DNA from: an uncultured bacterium
GTDB taxonomy: Bacteria > Patescibacteriota > Minisyncoccia > Phycocordibacterales > PALSA-1337
Assembly: GCA_963701025.1 (NCBI GenBank)
Contig: OY969557.1
Location: 570,042 to 634,041, forward strand
DNA length: 64,000 bases
Direction of reading: 5' to 3'
How positions within the stretch are numbered: the stretch's first letter is position 1; each line of letters starts with the position of its first letter. The notes under the pieces were generated by a model that ran no database searches, had not been told where the DNA came from, and worked only from the letters and a program-made list of their open reading frames with translations. Below, piece by piece: positions 1-8,153 of the stretch. The position numbers and the translations under genes are program-made.

Positions 1-197
1 AGACGGCTATTAATAGCATCATCGACGGCCTCAAGAAAGGCGATGAAGTGTCTATCGCGGGTCTCGGCATCTTCTCCGTCAAGCAGCGCGCCGCTCGCGA
101 AGCTCGCAACCCCAGGACTGGCGAAGCCATCAAGGTCCCGGCCATGAAGGTTCCGAAGTTCCGCGCCGCAAAGGCTCTCAAGGAGGCGGTTAAATAG
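1..197 (+). CDS. hup: DNA-binding protein HU (3' part; 5' end lies outside the window)
   Basis: Frame 3 translation ...DGLKKGDEVSIAGLGIFSVKQRAAREARNPRTGEAIKVPAMKVPKFRAAKALKEAVK* matches the HU/IHF C-terminal arm motif. Stop TAG at 195-197. Not in the ORF track because it is open at the 5' end. Confidence 0.8.
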   Translation, partial: TAINSIIDGLKKGDEVSIAGLGIFSVKQRAAREARNPRTGEAIKVPAMKVPKFRAAKALKEAVK

Positions 198-227
198 ATT
201 TTCCTTCTACTTCCTCACGGAAACACA

Positions 228-252
228 GAAGCCGCCATAAAGGCGGTTTTTG
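228..252 (+). terminator. Rho-independent terminator after hup
   Basis: GC hairpin gaagccgcc-ataa-ggcggttttt: stem GCCGCC/GGCGGC followed by a T-run. Confidence 0.6.
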
Positions 253-339
253 GTTGCTCTTAATGAGACAAATCCTAGCTCTTCCCCAAAAAACCTTCTC
301 CAAAATACCTTTCTCTATGATCTCCTTTGGATTTCCTTC

Positions 340-426
340 GGCGTAAATCTCGCCCCCCAGGGCGACCATGCTATAGATCGCCCCCGCAATGATCGAGTTG
401 ACTATGAGTTGCGGGATGATGTCCAT
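340..426 (-). pseudogene. Remnant of a branched-chain amino acid ABC permease (LivH-like N-terminus, about 28 aa)
   Basis: Minus ORF 190..426 begins MDIIPQLIVNSIIAGAIYSMVALGGEIY, typical of a LivH/LivM permease N-terminal TM1. It then degenerates into non-protein-like sequence. It sits directly downstream of the Bro-N gene and the livK-like pseudogene. Confidence 0.3.
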
Positions 427-432
427 AAATAA

Positions 433-1251
433 CTACTTACCCTTCTTGTCGTTTCCGATAAAATTCCCACCCGTAACGACTGATCTGCCTATTCTCTTTT
501 CCAACTTCTTCCTAGCCACACCCGCTATATCGCCGCCGGCTTTGGCGTCTGAAGATAGTTTGGCCATGCCCTTGGAATCTTCCGTTCGATGTATCTCCGT
601 GGTCGATCGTTCGCCGAGCATGGTGAAGATCAGTTCGAAATCATTCATATGATCTCGCAGATTCTGCCGCTTCAAGCCTTTCAATTCCTTGTACTCGCTC
701 GGTGTCACGCCGAAAGTGGCTTTCGATATCTCGGCTGTCAAGATTTCATAATCTCTGTCATCTTTGGCACCGCGATTTTTCCATTCATCTGTCAATTCTT
801 CGCGGATGACGATACCGCGCATCCTCTTTTCTATCCAATCGTCGGGATATCCTTTAAGTTTATAAAGTATTCTCGTTCTCTTGGATGCCAGTTCTGGATT
901 TTCAATTTCCTGAACGCGCTCATAGCCAACTTTGGCCAGCCAGCGTTTGAAAGGCTCTGCCTTTGGAGATGGGATGGACTGTACAATACGGAAGATTCCC
1001 TCAGTATTAGCACAATCGGTCTCGCGCATTTTTCCGTCTGAAGCTTCAAGTTTCAACCGGTGACAAAGTGTCACCAGTTCACTTCCCTCTTCTTTCAATC
1101 TTTGGAAGAGTTTATTCCAATACTTTCTAGCGGATAAATCATCTGGTTGATCAGTCAATGCTTGGCATACATCCACAACCGAAAACCACCATTCATTCTC
1201 GTGAATAGTCCTACGAACCTTCTTGCCTTTGAATACGGCGATTTTGTCCAT
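433..1251 (-). CDS. Bro-N domain / DNA-damage-inducible protein D (DinD)-like protein
   Basis: 272-aa ORF. The N-terminus, FKGKKVRRTIHENEWWFSVVDVCQALT, is Bro-N-like. The C-terminal architecture resembles E. coli DinD (Bro-N plus C-terminal domain). Confidence 0.65.
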   Translation of the reverse strand: MDKIAVFKGKKVRRTIHENEWWFSVVDVCQALTDQPDDLSARKYWNKLFQRLKEEGSELVTLCHRLKLEASDGKMRETDCANTEGIFRIVQSIPSPKAEPFKRWLAKVGYERVQEIENPELASKRTRILYKLKGYPDDWIEKRMRGIVIREELTDEWKNRGAKDDRDYEILTAEISKATFGVTPSEYKELKGLKRQNLRDHMNDFELIFTMLGERSTTEIHRTEDSKGMAKLSSDAKAGGDIAGVARKKLEKRIGRSVVTGGNFIGNDKKGK

Positions 1252-1343
1252 ATGTTGGTCATGTAAGTATACTCTCCGACTCGCTAACCCGCCACCAAAA
1301 ATCGCTCCTGAAAGAGCGATTTTTGATTCGATTTTTGGAAATC

Positions 1344-2007
1344 TACATATTAACCAATTTCCCGTTTTCTATTTTTTGGAATAGGGCACCGATTCCAACC
1401 ATGTCTCCATTTTGATCAAATGAATATGTACCGACGGTACCGACATAATTATGGATCGAGTGCAGATATTGTTCGACTTTAGTAGTGTCATCACCTACCG
1501 ATGAAATCGCCTGTGTTATTAGATAGACATCATCATAATACCCAACTGTCTAGCCTGTTGAATGATTTGGACCAGATTGGGACCAGTCTGGGAGTTAACG
1601 AAGATAACATCAGGGTTAGCAGTCTTTACGGGCAAAAGAAGTGACCGGAAGTCAGTCGTACCTGTCTGATAATCTTGTGTGGCAACGAATTGTAATCCGT
1701 CCTTTTGGAGTTCAGCGAGGAATACGCCCTTTATACCTTGAGCATAATCAGTCTGCTCTGATATGGTCGCGGCGGTCTTGTAAGACGAGCTGGCAAGATA
1801 GTCAGCTAGCAAGGCACCGAATAGATTGTCATTCGGATTATTTCTCATGAAGTATTGGCTCGCACCTGACAATTTTGGTGCCGACGAAATGGCGGATATA
1901 GTAAAGACCTTGGCAGCATTAATTATAGGAATTGAGGCCTCGACATCGGCCTTAATTGTGCGGGATGCCGGAATCGAACCGGCGCATCGAACTTGGAAGG
2001 TTCGCAT
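1344..2007 (-). pseudogene. LivK-like periplasmic substrate-binding protein, frameshifted and 5'-truncated
   Basis: ORF 1519..2007 encodes the central part of a type-I periplasmic binding protein (...NPDVIFVNSQTGPNLVQIIQQARQLG...). The C-terminal part (YYDDVYLITQAISSVGDDTTKVEQYLHSIHNYVGTVGTYSFDQNGDMVGIGALFQKIENGKLVNM*) continues in another frame from about 1535 to the stop at 1344. No signal peptide is present, and the 5' end runs into tRNA-Gly. Confidence 0.55.
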
Positions 2008-2029
2008 TCTGCCACTAAACTAATCCCGC
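1958..2029 (-). tRNA. tRNA-Gly (anticodon UCC)
   Basis: Reverse complement GCGGGATTAGTTTAGTGGCAGAATGCGAACCTTCCAAGTTCGATGCGCCGGTTCGATTCCGGCATCCCGCA. It has a cloverleaf and the anticodon loop CTTCCAA. CCA is not encoded. Confidence 0.8.
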
Positions 2030-2040
2030 TATTGACTTGT

Positions 2041-2112
2041 CGGGGCGCCGGGATTCGAACCCGGAGTCACCTCTTCCCAAAAGAGGCATGTTAGCCGTTA
2101 CACCACGCCCCG
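2041..2112 (-). tRNA. tRNA-Pro (anticodon UGG)
   Basis: Reverse complement CGGGGCGTGGTGTAACGGCTAACATGCCTCTTTTGGGAAGAGGTGACTCCGGGTTCGAATCCCGGCGCCCCG. Anticodon stem CCTCT/AGAGG, loop TTTGGGA. CCA is not encoded. Confidence 0.75.
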
Positions 2113-2171
2113 TTTCGCCTGTCTGCCGACAGGCAGGTTCCGATATCCTAGCACGGAATGGCCAAGGGTGG

Positions 2172-2561
2172 CTATAAAATGACGTCTTTTATCCATTTAA
2201 CCTTCGCCAAACGCGTTTTCTCATTCATATAGACACAGAGTATATGGAAATGAAAGTCAGCGTCTTGCCCCCTGCCCTTCTCGGCTAAATATGTCTGGAT
2301 GATTTTCCGCAAGTGCCTGACCTTAAGGTCATGGACATTATCCTCCGGCTTATATGGTAAGTCTGCGGAAAAATTCCTTATGACGCTTTTGACTTCAAAG
2401 AAGTGTAATGATTTTCCTTTGCCATCGGCTACTTCAGCGACAATATCCAATTCACCCCATTTCTTCTGATAATTACGATCGACAATAGTGAATCCTTGCG
2501 CGCCTAAAAATTTAGAGGCTATATCTTCACCGATATTCCCTTTCGCTCTTTTATGCAACAT
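2172..2561 (-). CDS. yraN: YraN/UPF0102 family endonuclease
   Basis: 129 aa. Motif KGNIGEDIASKFLGAQGFTIVDRNYQKKWGELDIVA...FFEVKS fits the UPF0102 GxxGE...RN...GEID signature. Confidence 0.7.
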   Translation of the reverse strand: MLHKRAKGNIGEDIASKFLGAQGFTIVDRNYQKKWGELDIVAEVADGKGKSLHFFEVKSVIRNFSADLPYKPEDNVHDLKVRHLRKIIQTYLAEKGRGQDADFHFHILCVYMNEKTRLAKVKWIKDVIL

Positions 2562-2813
2562 TTTATTTGACTTTTAAAGAAATGGGTCTTATGAATGGCT
2601 CAACTAGGCCATAAACTTGTAAAAGGACTTACCAAACGGACCAAAACAACGAATTTTAGGCCTTATTTTTGTCTTTTATACCCTAAATCCACAGGGTTAT
2701 CCCCAGTTTTCACGTGAAACTCTATATTTAGAGCCATTATATGAGGGCACTAGCACAAAGACAAATCTAGGACAGAAACCTGCATTCCCGACACAAAATC
2801 GATCACTTCCCTG

Positions 2814-2884
2814 TGCGGGTAGGGAGAATCGAACTCCCACCTCGTCCTTGGCAAGGACGCGTCCTACCATTAAACAATACCCGC
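2814..2884 (-). tRNA. tRNA-Gly (anticodon GCC)
   Basis: Reverse complement GCGGGTATTGTTTAATGGTAGGACGCGTCCTTGCCAAGGACGAGGTGGGAGTTCGATTCTCCCTACCCGCA. Loop TTGCCAA. No encoded CCA. Confidence 0.8.
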
Positions 2885-2908
2885 AATATATTCAAAAGGA
2901 ACTGGGGT

Positions 2909-2937
2909 AGTATAACCTATTGCAGTCTAACTTTCAA
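2909..2937 (-). promoter_or_regulatory. Sigma70-like promoter for tRNA-Gly(GCC)
   Basis: On the minus strand: TTGAAA, a 17-nt spacer, TATACT, then about 25 nt to the tRNA 5' end. Confidence 0.5.
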
Positions 2938-2940
2938 AAT

Positions 2941-2972
2941 TTCTAATTTCTAATTGACCTAGATTTAGAAAT
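2941..2972. repeat. Palindromic TCTAATT-rich intergenic element, copy 1 of 3
   Basis: ttctaatttctaattgacctagatttagaaat contains the inverted repeat ATTTCTAA...TTAGAAAT. Related copies occur at 28921-28947 and 53688-53722. Confidence 0.5.
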
Positions 2973-2976
2973 CCTT

Positions 2977-3051
2977 TGGTGCCCTCGGAGGGACTCGAAC
3001 CCCCAACATCAGTTCCGAAGACTGGTGTGATATCCATTTCACCACGAGGGC
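2977..3051 (-). tRNA. tRNA-Arg (anticodon UCG), CCA encoded
   Basis: Reverse complement GCCCTCGTGGTGAAATGGATATCACACCAGTCTTCGGAACTGATGTTGGGGGTTCGAGTCCCTCCGAGGGCACCA. Anticodon loop CTTCGGA. Ends in CCA. Confidence 0.7.
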
Positions 3052-3095
3052 AATCAAACACGACCACATATGATCGTAGCGCTATAGTAGCGCAC

Positions 3096-4619
3096 ATGGC
3101 AGAAAAGCCCAAGGTGTGGTATGATTTTCTTATGAAAATGGCTCAAAATAGCCCTATTCCGGCAGAAATTACAAGCATTGTAGAAACTCTCGAGAGGGCC
3201 GGCTTTCAGGCATATCTAGTAGGCGGCTGCGTGCGAGATATTTTTCTCGGTCGACAGCCGAAAGATTGGGATATAACTACTAACGCTACTCCGGAAAAGA
3301 TCCAGAGCCTGTTCCCGAAGACAGTATATGAAAATATCTATGGTACGGTCATTGTCATAAACGAATCATCGGAGGAAGGGCCTCTGAAGAACGTCGAGGT
3401 CACCCCTTATCGCCTCGAATCTGGATATTCCGATCGGCGACACCCGGATCAAGTGAAATTCAGCGACACCATAGACGCCGACCTGAAAAGAAGGGACTTT
3501 ACGGTAAATGCTTTGGCTGTTTCACTTTCAAAAGGAGCCATAAAGGACATGGTTGATTTCTTTGGCGGCTTGAAAGATATAAAGGACAAAATCATTAGGA
3601 CAGTTGGGAAGCCCGCGGACCGTTTCAACGAGGATGCTCTGCGCATGATGCGTGCAATACGCCTAGCGGTAGACCTAGATTTCACCATTGAAAAAGAGAC
3701 TTTTGCGGCCATACAGAGCCATAATGAGCTGATTAAAGATGTGTCCATAGAAAGGATCCGTGATGAATTCGTAAAGATACTTATGTCTCCAAATCCTAAG
3801 AAGGGGATTGAGCTTCTCTACGAAGCCGGTCTATTGAAACATATCATCCCCGAATTAGAGGGTGGAATTGGAGTTAAACAACCACAAGCTCACGCTTTTG
3901 ATGTATGGGAGCATCTTTTGAGAACCGTGCAACACGCCGCGGATAAGGGCTGGGACCTAGAAACAAGGCTTATAGCCCTATTCCACGACATTGCAAAGCC
4001 AAAAACAAAGGGATTTTCACGTGAAACACAGCAAATAACGTTCTACGGCCATGAAGTGGTTGGTTCACGTGAAACACGAAAAATACTTGAAAGAATGAAG
4101 TTTTCACGTGTAACAATCGAAAAAGTGACCAAACTGATTCGCTGGCACATGTTTTTCTCTGATACGGAGAAGATAACCTTACCCGCGGTCAGGCGTATGG
4201 TAGTCAATGTTGGACGTGAAAACATATGGGATCTCATAAATGTGCGCATATGCGACCGTATAGGCACTGGCAGGCCTAAGGAAAACCCATACCGTCTACG
4301 GAAGTATCAGGCCATGATCGAAGAAGCTTTGCGCGATCCTATATCACTAGCGATGCTGAAAATCGATGGAAAAAGGATCATTGATGTTTGTAAAATCCAG
4401 CCTGGCCCAAAAATAGGGCATATTTTGCATGCTCTTTTTAACGAAGTCCTGGATGAGCCAAAATTGAATACCTCGGAATATCTTGAAAAGAGAGCTGCAG
4501 AATTGGCCGCTTTGTCCGACAAGGAACTAGTCAAAATGGGGGAAGCTGGCAGGGAAAAGAAGAACGAGGAGGACGCAAAAAAGGTAGGAGAGATAAGGAA
4601 GAAATACCACGTATCTTAG
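3096..4619 (+). CDS. cca: CCA-adding tRNA nucleotidyltransferase (poly(A) polymerase family with HD domain)
   Basis: Head-domain motif FQAYLVGGCVRDIFLGRQPKDWDITT, RDFTVNAL and a C-terminal HD region. The ORF track starts at 2976 but that stretch overlaps tRNA-Arg. 3096 is the first ATG clear of the tRNA; 3132 is an alternative start. Confidence 0.8.
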   Translation: MAEKPKVWYDFLMKMAQNSPIPAEITSIVETLERAGFQAYLVGGCVRDIFLGRQPKDWDITTNATPEKIQSLFPKTVYENIYGTVIVINESSEEGPLKNVEVTPYRLESGYSDRRHPDQVKFSDTIDADLKRRDFTVNALAVSLSKGAIKDMVDFFGGLKDIKDKIIRTVGKPADRFNEDALRMMRAIRLAVDLDFTIEKETFAAIQSHNELIKDVSIERIRDEFVKILMSPNPKKGIELLYEAGLLKHIIPELEGGIGVKQPQAHAFDVWEHLLRTVQHAADKGWDLETRLIALFHDIAKPKTKGFSRETQQITFYGHEVVGSRETRKILERMKFSRVTIEKVTKLIRWHMFFSDTEKITLPAVRRMVVNVGRENIWDLINVRICDRIGTGRPKENPYRLRKYQAMIEEALRDPISLAMLKIDGKRIIDVCKIQPGPKIGHILHALFNEVLDEPKLNTSEYLEKRAAELAALSDKELVKMGEAGREKKNEEDAKKVGEIRKKYHVS

Positions 4620-5135
4620 ACGGCTTATAAAGGACAAAGTTATCCACATTTCATGTCCTTTACGAACATCAAGATAGGACATACAATAGGACCAGATCAG
4701 TTTGTCTGTCCGAGGTTTAAGACGAACACCTGATCTTTACACAACTAAGCCTGGGTAGGCTAAGCTCCTTTTTGAAGTAAATAATTTAGTCGTCGACTCA
4801 TTGCTCGGCGAAAAAATGTGGTGCATCTTGATTCAGCACACAACTAGTTCTCCCTACGGGAGAACGCCAAACAATTTATCTAACGATGCACACTCGCATG
4901 CCGTTAGGAATGACCCCGACAATAGGTCTGTGGACCGTTAATTATTAACTTCTCTCGAAGCGCATCCTCTGCGATACTTCACTTTTTCCTCGAAGGCATC
5001 ACACGATGCGCTTACTGTTACCCGAAAATCTAATTTCACCAAAGCTATTTTCACTACATCATAGCAGAATGACCCGTTTTTCCGGGTGAAAAAATGCCAG
5101 TTTTTAGCTGAATATGGCTCCATAGAGAGCCTTAA

Positions 5136-5954
5136 TTATCCTATGAAAATATCGATTGGACAATGGTCAGAACCCATTATTTCATCAAGAATCCGGGCTT
5201 TTGTCACTAGCCCGAATATGCTCGCGGAGACGAAAAAGTAGTCTATCCTCCAGCCTACATTGCGATCTCGGGAGAATGTTTTCATATCCCAATAGCTGTA
5301 CTTTTCTTTTTCTTCGGGGTGTAATTCTCTGAAGGCATCGGCGTAGCCGGCGGCAATGACTTTGTCTATCCACGCTCGCTCGATGGGTAAGAAACCAGTG
5401 TTCTCGACATTCTCCTTTGGACGGGCCAGATCGATCTCGGTATGAGCGGTATTGACATCACCACAGAAAATGACTTCGTATCCTTTCTTTTTCTGGACAT
5501 TTATATACTTGAGGAACTGATCATAGAAGCGGAGTTTGAAATCGAGACGCTCCGGACCTCCTCCGCCATTAGGGAAGTAAATGTTTATGAAGACAAATTT
5601 ACCGAGACCGGCACTCTTGGCATTGGATTTGGAAACATCGAAGGCGCCTTCATCGAAGAAAAGCGCTAGAAATCGCCCTTCTTGGTCGTATTCTTCTATG
5701 CCGAAGCCATAATCGACTTTCGCCGGCTTAACTTTACTGAAAACTGCAACGCCGCTGTAGCCTTTGCGACCTTTGGAGTGATCAAAATAGGAAAAATAGC
5801 CGAGAGGATTGCGAACGCCCTCCTCGAGCTGGTCTGGGTGAGCTTTGGTCTCTTGGAGACAGAAAATGTCTGGGGATTCATTGATCAGCCAATCGAAACC
5901 GCCTTTTTTCACATTGGCGCGCAAGCCATTGACATTCCAGGAGATGATGCGCAT
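5136..5954 (-). CDS. xth: Exodeoxyribonuclease III
   Basis: MRIISWNVNGLRA...FCLQETK... matches the EEP-family Xth N-terminal signature. 272 aa. Confidence 0.85.
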   Translation of the reverse strand: MRIISWNVNGLRANVKKGGFDWLINESPDIFCLQETKAHPDQLEEGVRNPLGYFSYFDHSKGRKGYSGVAVFSKVKPAKVDYGFGIEEYDQEGRFLALFFDEGAFDVSKSNAKSAGLGKFVFINIYFPNGGGGPERLDFKLRFYDQFLKYINVQKKKGYEVIFCGDVNTAHTEIDLARPKENVENTGFLPIERAWIDKVIAAGYADAFRELHPEEKEKYSYWDMKTFSRDRNVGWRIDYFFVSASIFGLVTKARILDEIMGSDHCPIDIFIG

Positions 5955-5968
5955 AAAGGAAGTTTAAA

Positions 5969-5989
5969 GGTAAAAAGGTAAAAGGTAAA
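5969..5989. repeat. Tandem GGTAAAA x3 microsatellite in the xth-xerC intergenic region
   Basis: aaaGGTAAAAGGTAAAAGGTAAAAt lies 15 nt upstream of the xth start. Confidence 0.6.
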
Positions 5990-5998
5990 ATGATCTGT

Positions 5999-6925
5999 TC
6001 ATTTCTTTTTGTTGTGAAACTGTTTATGGACTCTTTTGAGCTCGCTGTCCGTTACATGCGTATAGATCTGTGTGGTGCTGATACTGGAATGTCCGAGAAG
6101 CATCTGGACTGAGCGCAGGTCGGCGCCATTCGACAGGAGGTCGGTGGCAAACGAATGACGGATGACGTGCGGAGTGACTCTCTTGGATATGCCGGCCTTG
6201 ATGGCATAATATTTGACGATGCGTTCGACAGAACGACGTGAAAGAGCGGCTTCTTTGGAACCATCGCGCTTTTCCGCATTGGTCGTCTTGACGAACAAAG
6301 CGTCTTCGACGTCGGTCCGCGCGTCGAGATATTTCTTGAGGATTTTCTTCGCCGCATCGGACAGGAAGACGACGCGCACCTTGTCGCCTTTGCCGCGGAT
6401 GGGGAATTCGTCGACGGAAAGATCGATGTCGCGCGACAGGGAACAGAGCTCGGAGACGCGCAGACCAGTCGAGAACAGGAGTTCCAGTATGGCCTTATCG
6501 CGAAGGGATTTGACGTCGGAACCGTCCGGCGCGGAGAGAAGACGCTCCAATTCCTCGCCGGATATTAGGTCTATGTGGCGCTCGCCGACCTTGGCGAGCT
6601 CTATGTACTCGGGGGAGATGGTTTTGATGCCGCGCTTGGCCAGATATTTGAGGAAGGCGCGCAAGGCTATGAGATAATAGTTCTGCGTCTTCTTCTTGAG
6701 CGTGTCGCCTGTGGCGCGATTGTTGCCGGTCGACTGGCGGTTCAACCATAGACGGAATTCACGGATAGTGTCCATCGTCAATTTCGCGGGATCGGTGACC
6801 TTGGCATAATCGAAGAAGCGAGTCAGATAATGATCGTAATTCTCGACGGTCTTCACCGACCTGCCCCGCTCTATCTCTATGTATTCCAGGAATTGCTGTT
6901 TGAGATCTTTGATATTGTGCGACAT
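5999..6925 (-). CDS. xerC: Tyrosine recombinase XerC/XerD
   Basis: MSHNIKDLKQQFLEYIEIERGRSVKTVENY... gives the core-binding domain, and the C-terminal catalytic domain reads HVIRHSFATDLL...LGHSSISTTQIYTH. The ORF track extends to a GTG at 6958 that has an AGGAA box 6 nt upstream, so that is an alternative start. Confidence 0.8.
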   Translation of the reverse strand: MSHNIKDLKQQFLEYIEIERGRSVKTVENYDHYLTRFFDYAKVTDPAKLTMDTIREFRLWLNRQSTGNNRATGDTLKKKTQNYYLIALRAFLKYLAKRGIKTISPEYIELAKVGERHIDLISGEELERLLSAPDGSDVKSLRDKAILELLFSTGLRVSELCSLSRDIDLSVDEFPIRGKGDKVRVVFLSDAAKKILKKYLDARTDVEDALFVKTTNAEKRDGSKEAALSRRSVERIVKYYAIKAGISKRVTPHVIRHSFATDLLSNGADLRSVQMLLGHSSISTTQIYTHVTDSELKRVHKQFHNKKK

Positions 6926-7004
6926 GGTTACATTGTAGCAGTAATGACAATCACCCACATTACATTCCTTGCCTCAATTACCCATTTATGCTATGATAAA
7001 GGCC

Positions 7005-7271
7005 ATGTTAAGCACGCGTCAAAAGACCAAGATCATCAAAGAAACCGGCATCCACGACAAGGATACCGGCTCTCCGGAGGTGCAGGTGGCCATTTTGACC
7101 AAGCGCATCGACGAGTTGACTTCGCATCTGCGCAAGCATAAGAAGGACAACCATTCGCGCCGAGGCCTTCTCGGCATGGTGGCCGATCGTCAGACTCATC
7201 TCGTATATTTGAAGAAGAATAATCCTCGCAGGTATTCGGCTATCGTGAAGAAGCTCGAATTGAAGAAATAA
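7005..7271 (+). CDS. rpsO: 30S ribosomal protein S15
   Basis: MLSTRQKTKIIKETG...HKKDNHSRRGLLGMVADRQTHLVYLKK matches the S15 signature. Start taken at the Met that aligns with S15 N-termini. Confidence 0.85.
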   Translation: MLSTRQKTKIIKETGIHDKDTGSPEVQVAILTKRIDELTSHLRKHKKDNHSRRGLLGMVADRQTHLVYLKKNNPRRYSAIVKKLELKK

Positions 7272-7280
7272 TTTTTATAC

Positions 7281-7805
7281 ATGTCAGTCATCAAACATAA
7301 GGAGCAACGCGTCGGCATTTTCATCGACGCGCAGAATCTCTATCATAGCGGCAAGAATCTATACCATTCGAAGGTCAATTTCGGCGCCATCGTCAAAGAG
7401 GCCCTCGACGGACGGACGAAGCTCGTCCGCGCCATCGCCTATGTCATAGCCACGGAATCCGGCGAAGAGACGGGCTTTTTCGAAGCCCTAACCAAGATGG
7501 GCATCGAGACCAAGGTCAAAGACCTGCAGATATTCAGTTCCGGCGCCAAGAAAGCCGACTGGGACGTGGGCATGGCCATAGACGCGGTCAAACTATCGCC
7601 CAAGCTCGACACCGTCATACTCATAACGGGCGACGGCGACTTCGTGCCGTTGGTCGAATACCTCAAGGTGAATGGTTGTCAAGTCGAAGTGGCTTCATTC
7701 GGCAAGTCGACTTCAGCCAAGCTCATAGAAGCGACTGATCATTTCATAGATCTCGACGAAGCGCCAAGCAAGTATCTTTTGCGCGGAAGCGGTGGGAGGA
7801 AGTAG
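7281..7805 (+). CDS. NYN-domain (LabA-like, PF01936-type) protein
   Basis: VGIFIDAQNLYHS...VRAIAYV...ITGDGDFVPLVEYLKVNGCQVEVASF is typical of NYN/LabA nuclease-like proteins. Confidence 0.65.
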   Translation: MSVIKHKEQRVGIFIDAQNLYHSGKNLYHSKVNFGAIVKEALDGRTKLVRAIAYVIATESGEETGFFEALTKMGIETKVKDLQIFSSGAKKADWDVGMAIDAVKLSPKLDTVILITGDGDFVPLVEYLKVNGCQVEVASFGKSTSAKLIEATDHFIDLDEAPSKYLLRGSGGRK

Positions 7806-7845
7806 GTGAGATATTCTTGTTATAATATTCGGACAAGGTGTAGCA

Positions 7846-8100
7846 ATGCTTTCAAGCGTCTTACACAGCTCTAAAGCTATCCACGTTAATATACAGATCA
7901 TCCGTACTTTCACGAAATTGCGCAAGATATTGGCTGATAACAAGAAGTTGGCGGAGAAAGTAGAAAAGATGGAAAGAAAATATGACAAACACATATTCAA
8001 TATATTCGAAACTATAAAACAATTGAGAGGCGAGAGGAAAAAGTTGATCCTAGAGGAGAAACCGAAAGAAAGAATGGGTTTTAGGGTGCCTGGGAAATAA
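7846..8100 (+). pseudogene. C-terminal half of an ORF6N-domain protein (phage anti-repressor-like); N-terminal domain missing
   Basis: MLSSVLHSSKAIHVNIQIIRTFTKLRKILADNKKLAEKVEKMERKYDKHIFNIFETIKQLRG matches the conserved C-terminal module of ORF6N proteins (...GVAMLSSVL..A..VNI.I.R.F..LR..L....L...). Upstream in frame, only FGQGVA remains before a stop that abuts the NYN gene. Confidence 0.5.
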
Positions 8101-8153
8101 AAAATGCGCCTATTTCGCTTTTGACGAAGAGGCGCGCAGAGTGAAACTCTGGG

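Noticed and set aside
4640-4648. Perfect DnaA box TTATCCACA as a second replication origin or DnaA regulatory site
   Set aside because: It is a single isolated box inside the loop of a terminator-like hairpin, far from dnaA. The origin is better placed at 34.5-36.2 kb.
4938-5123. 61-aa minus-strand ORF in the cca-xth gap
   Set aside because: No RBS, poor composition, no similarity; the region is more likely non-coding.
4620-5135. RNase P RNA, tmRNA or SRP RNA in the large non-coding gaps (also 2562-2813 and 43044-43355)
   Set aside because: I looked for the conserved P4, GGUGAAA, tmRNA terminal and SRP domain IV sequences by eye and found none. Left as unassigned structured-RNA candidates.
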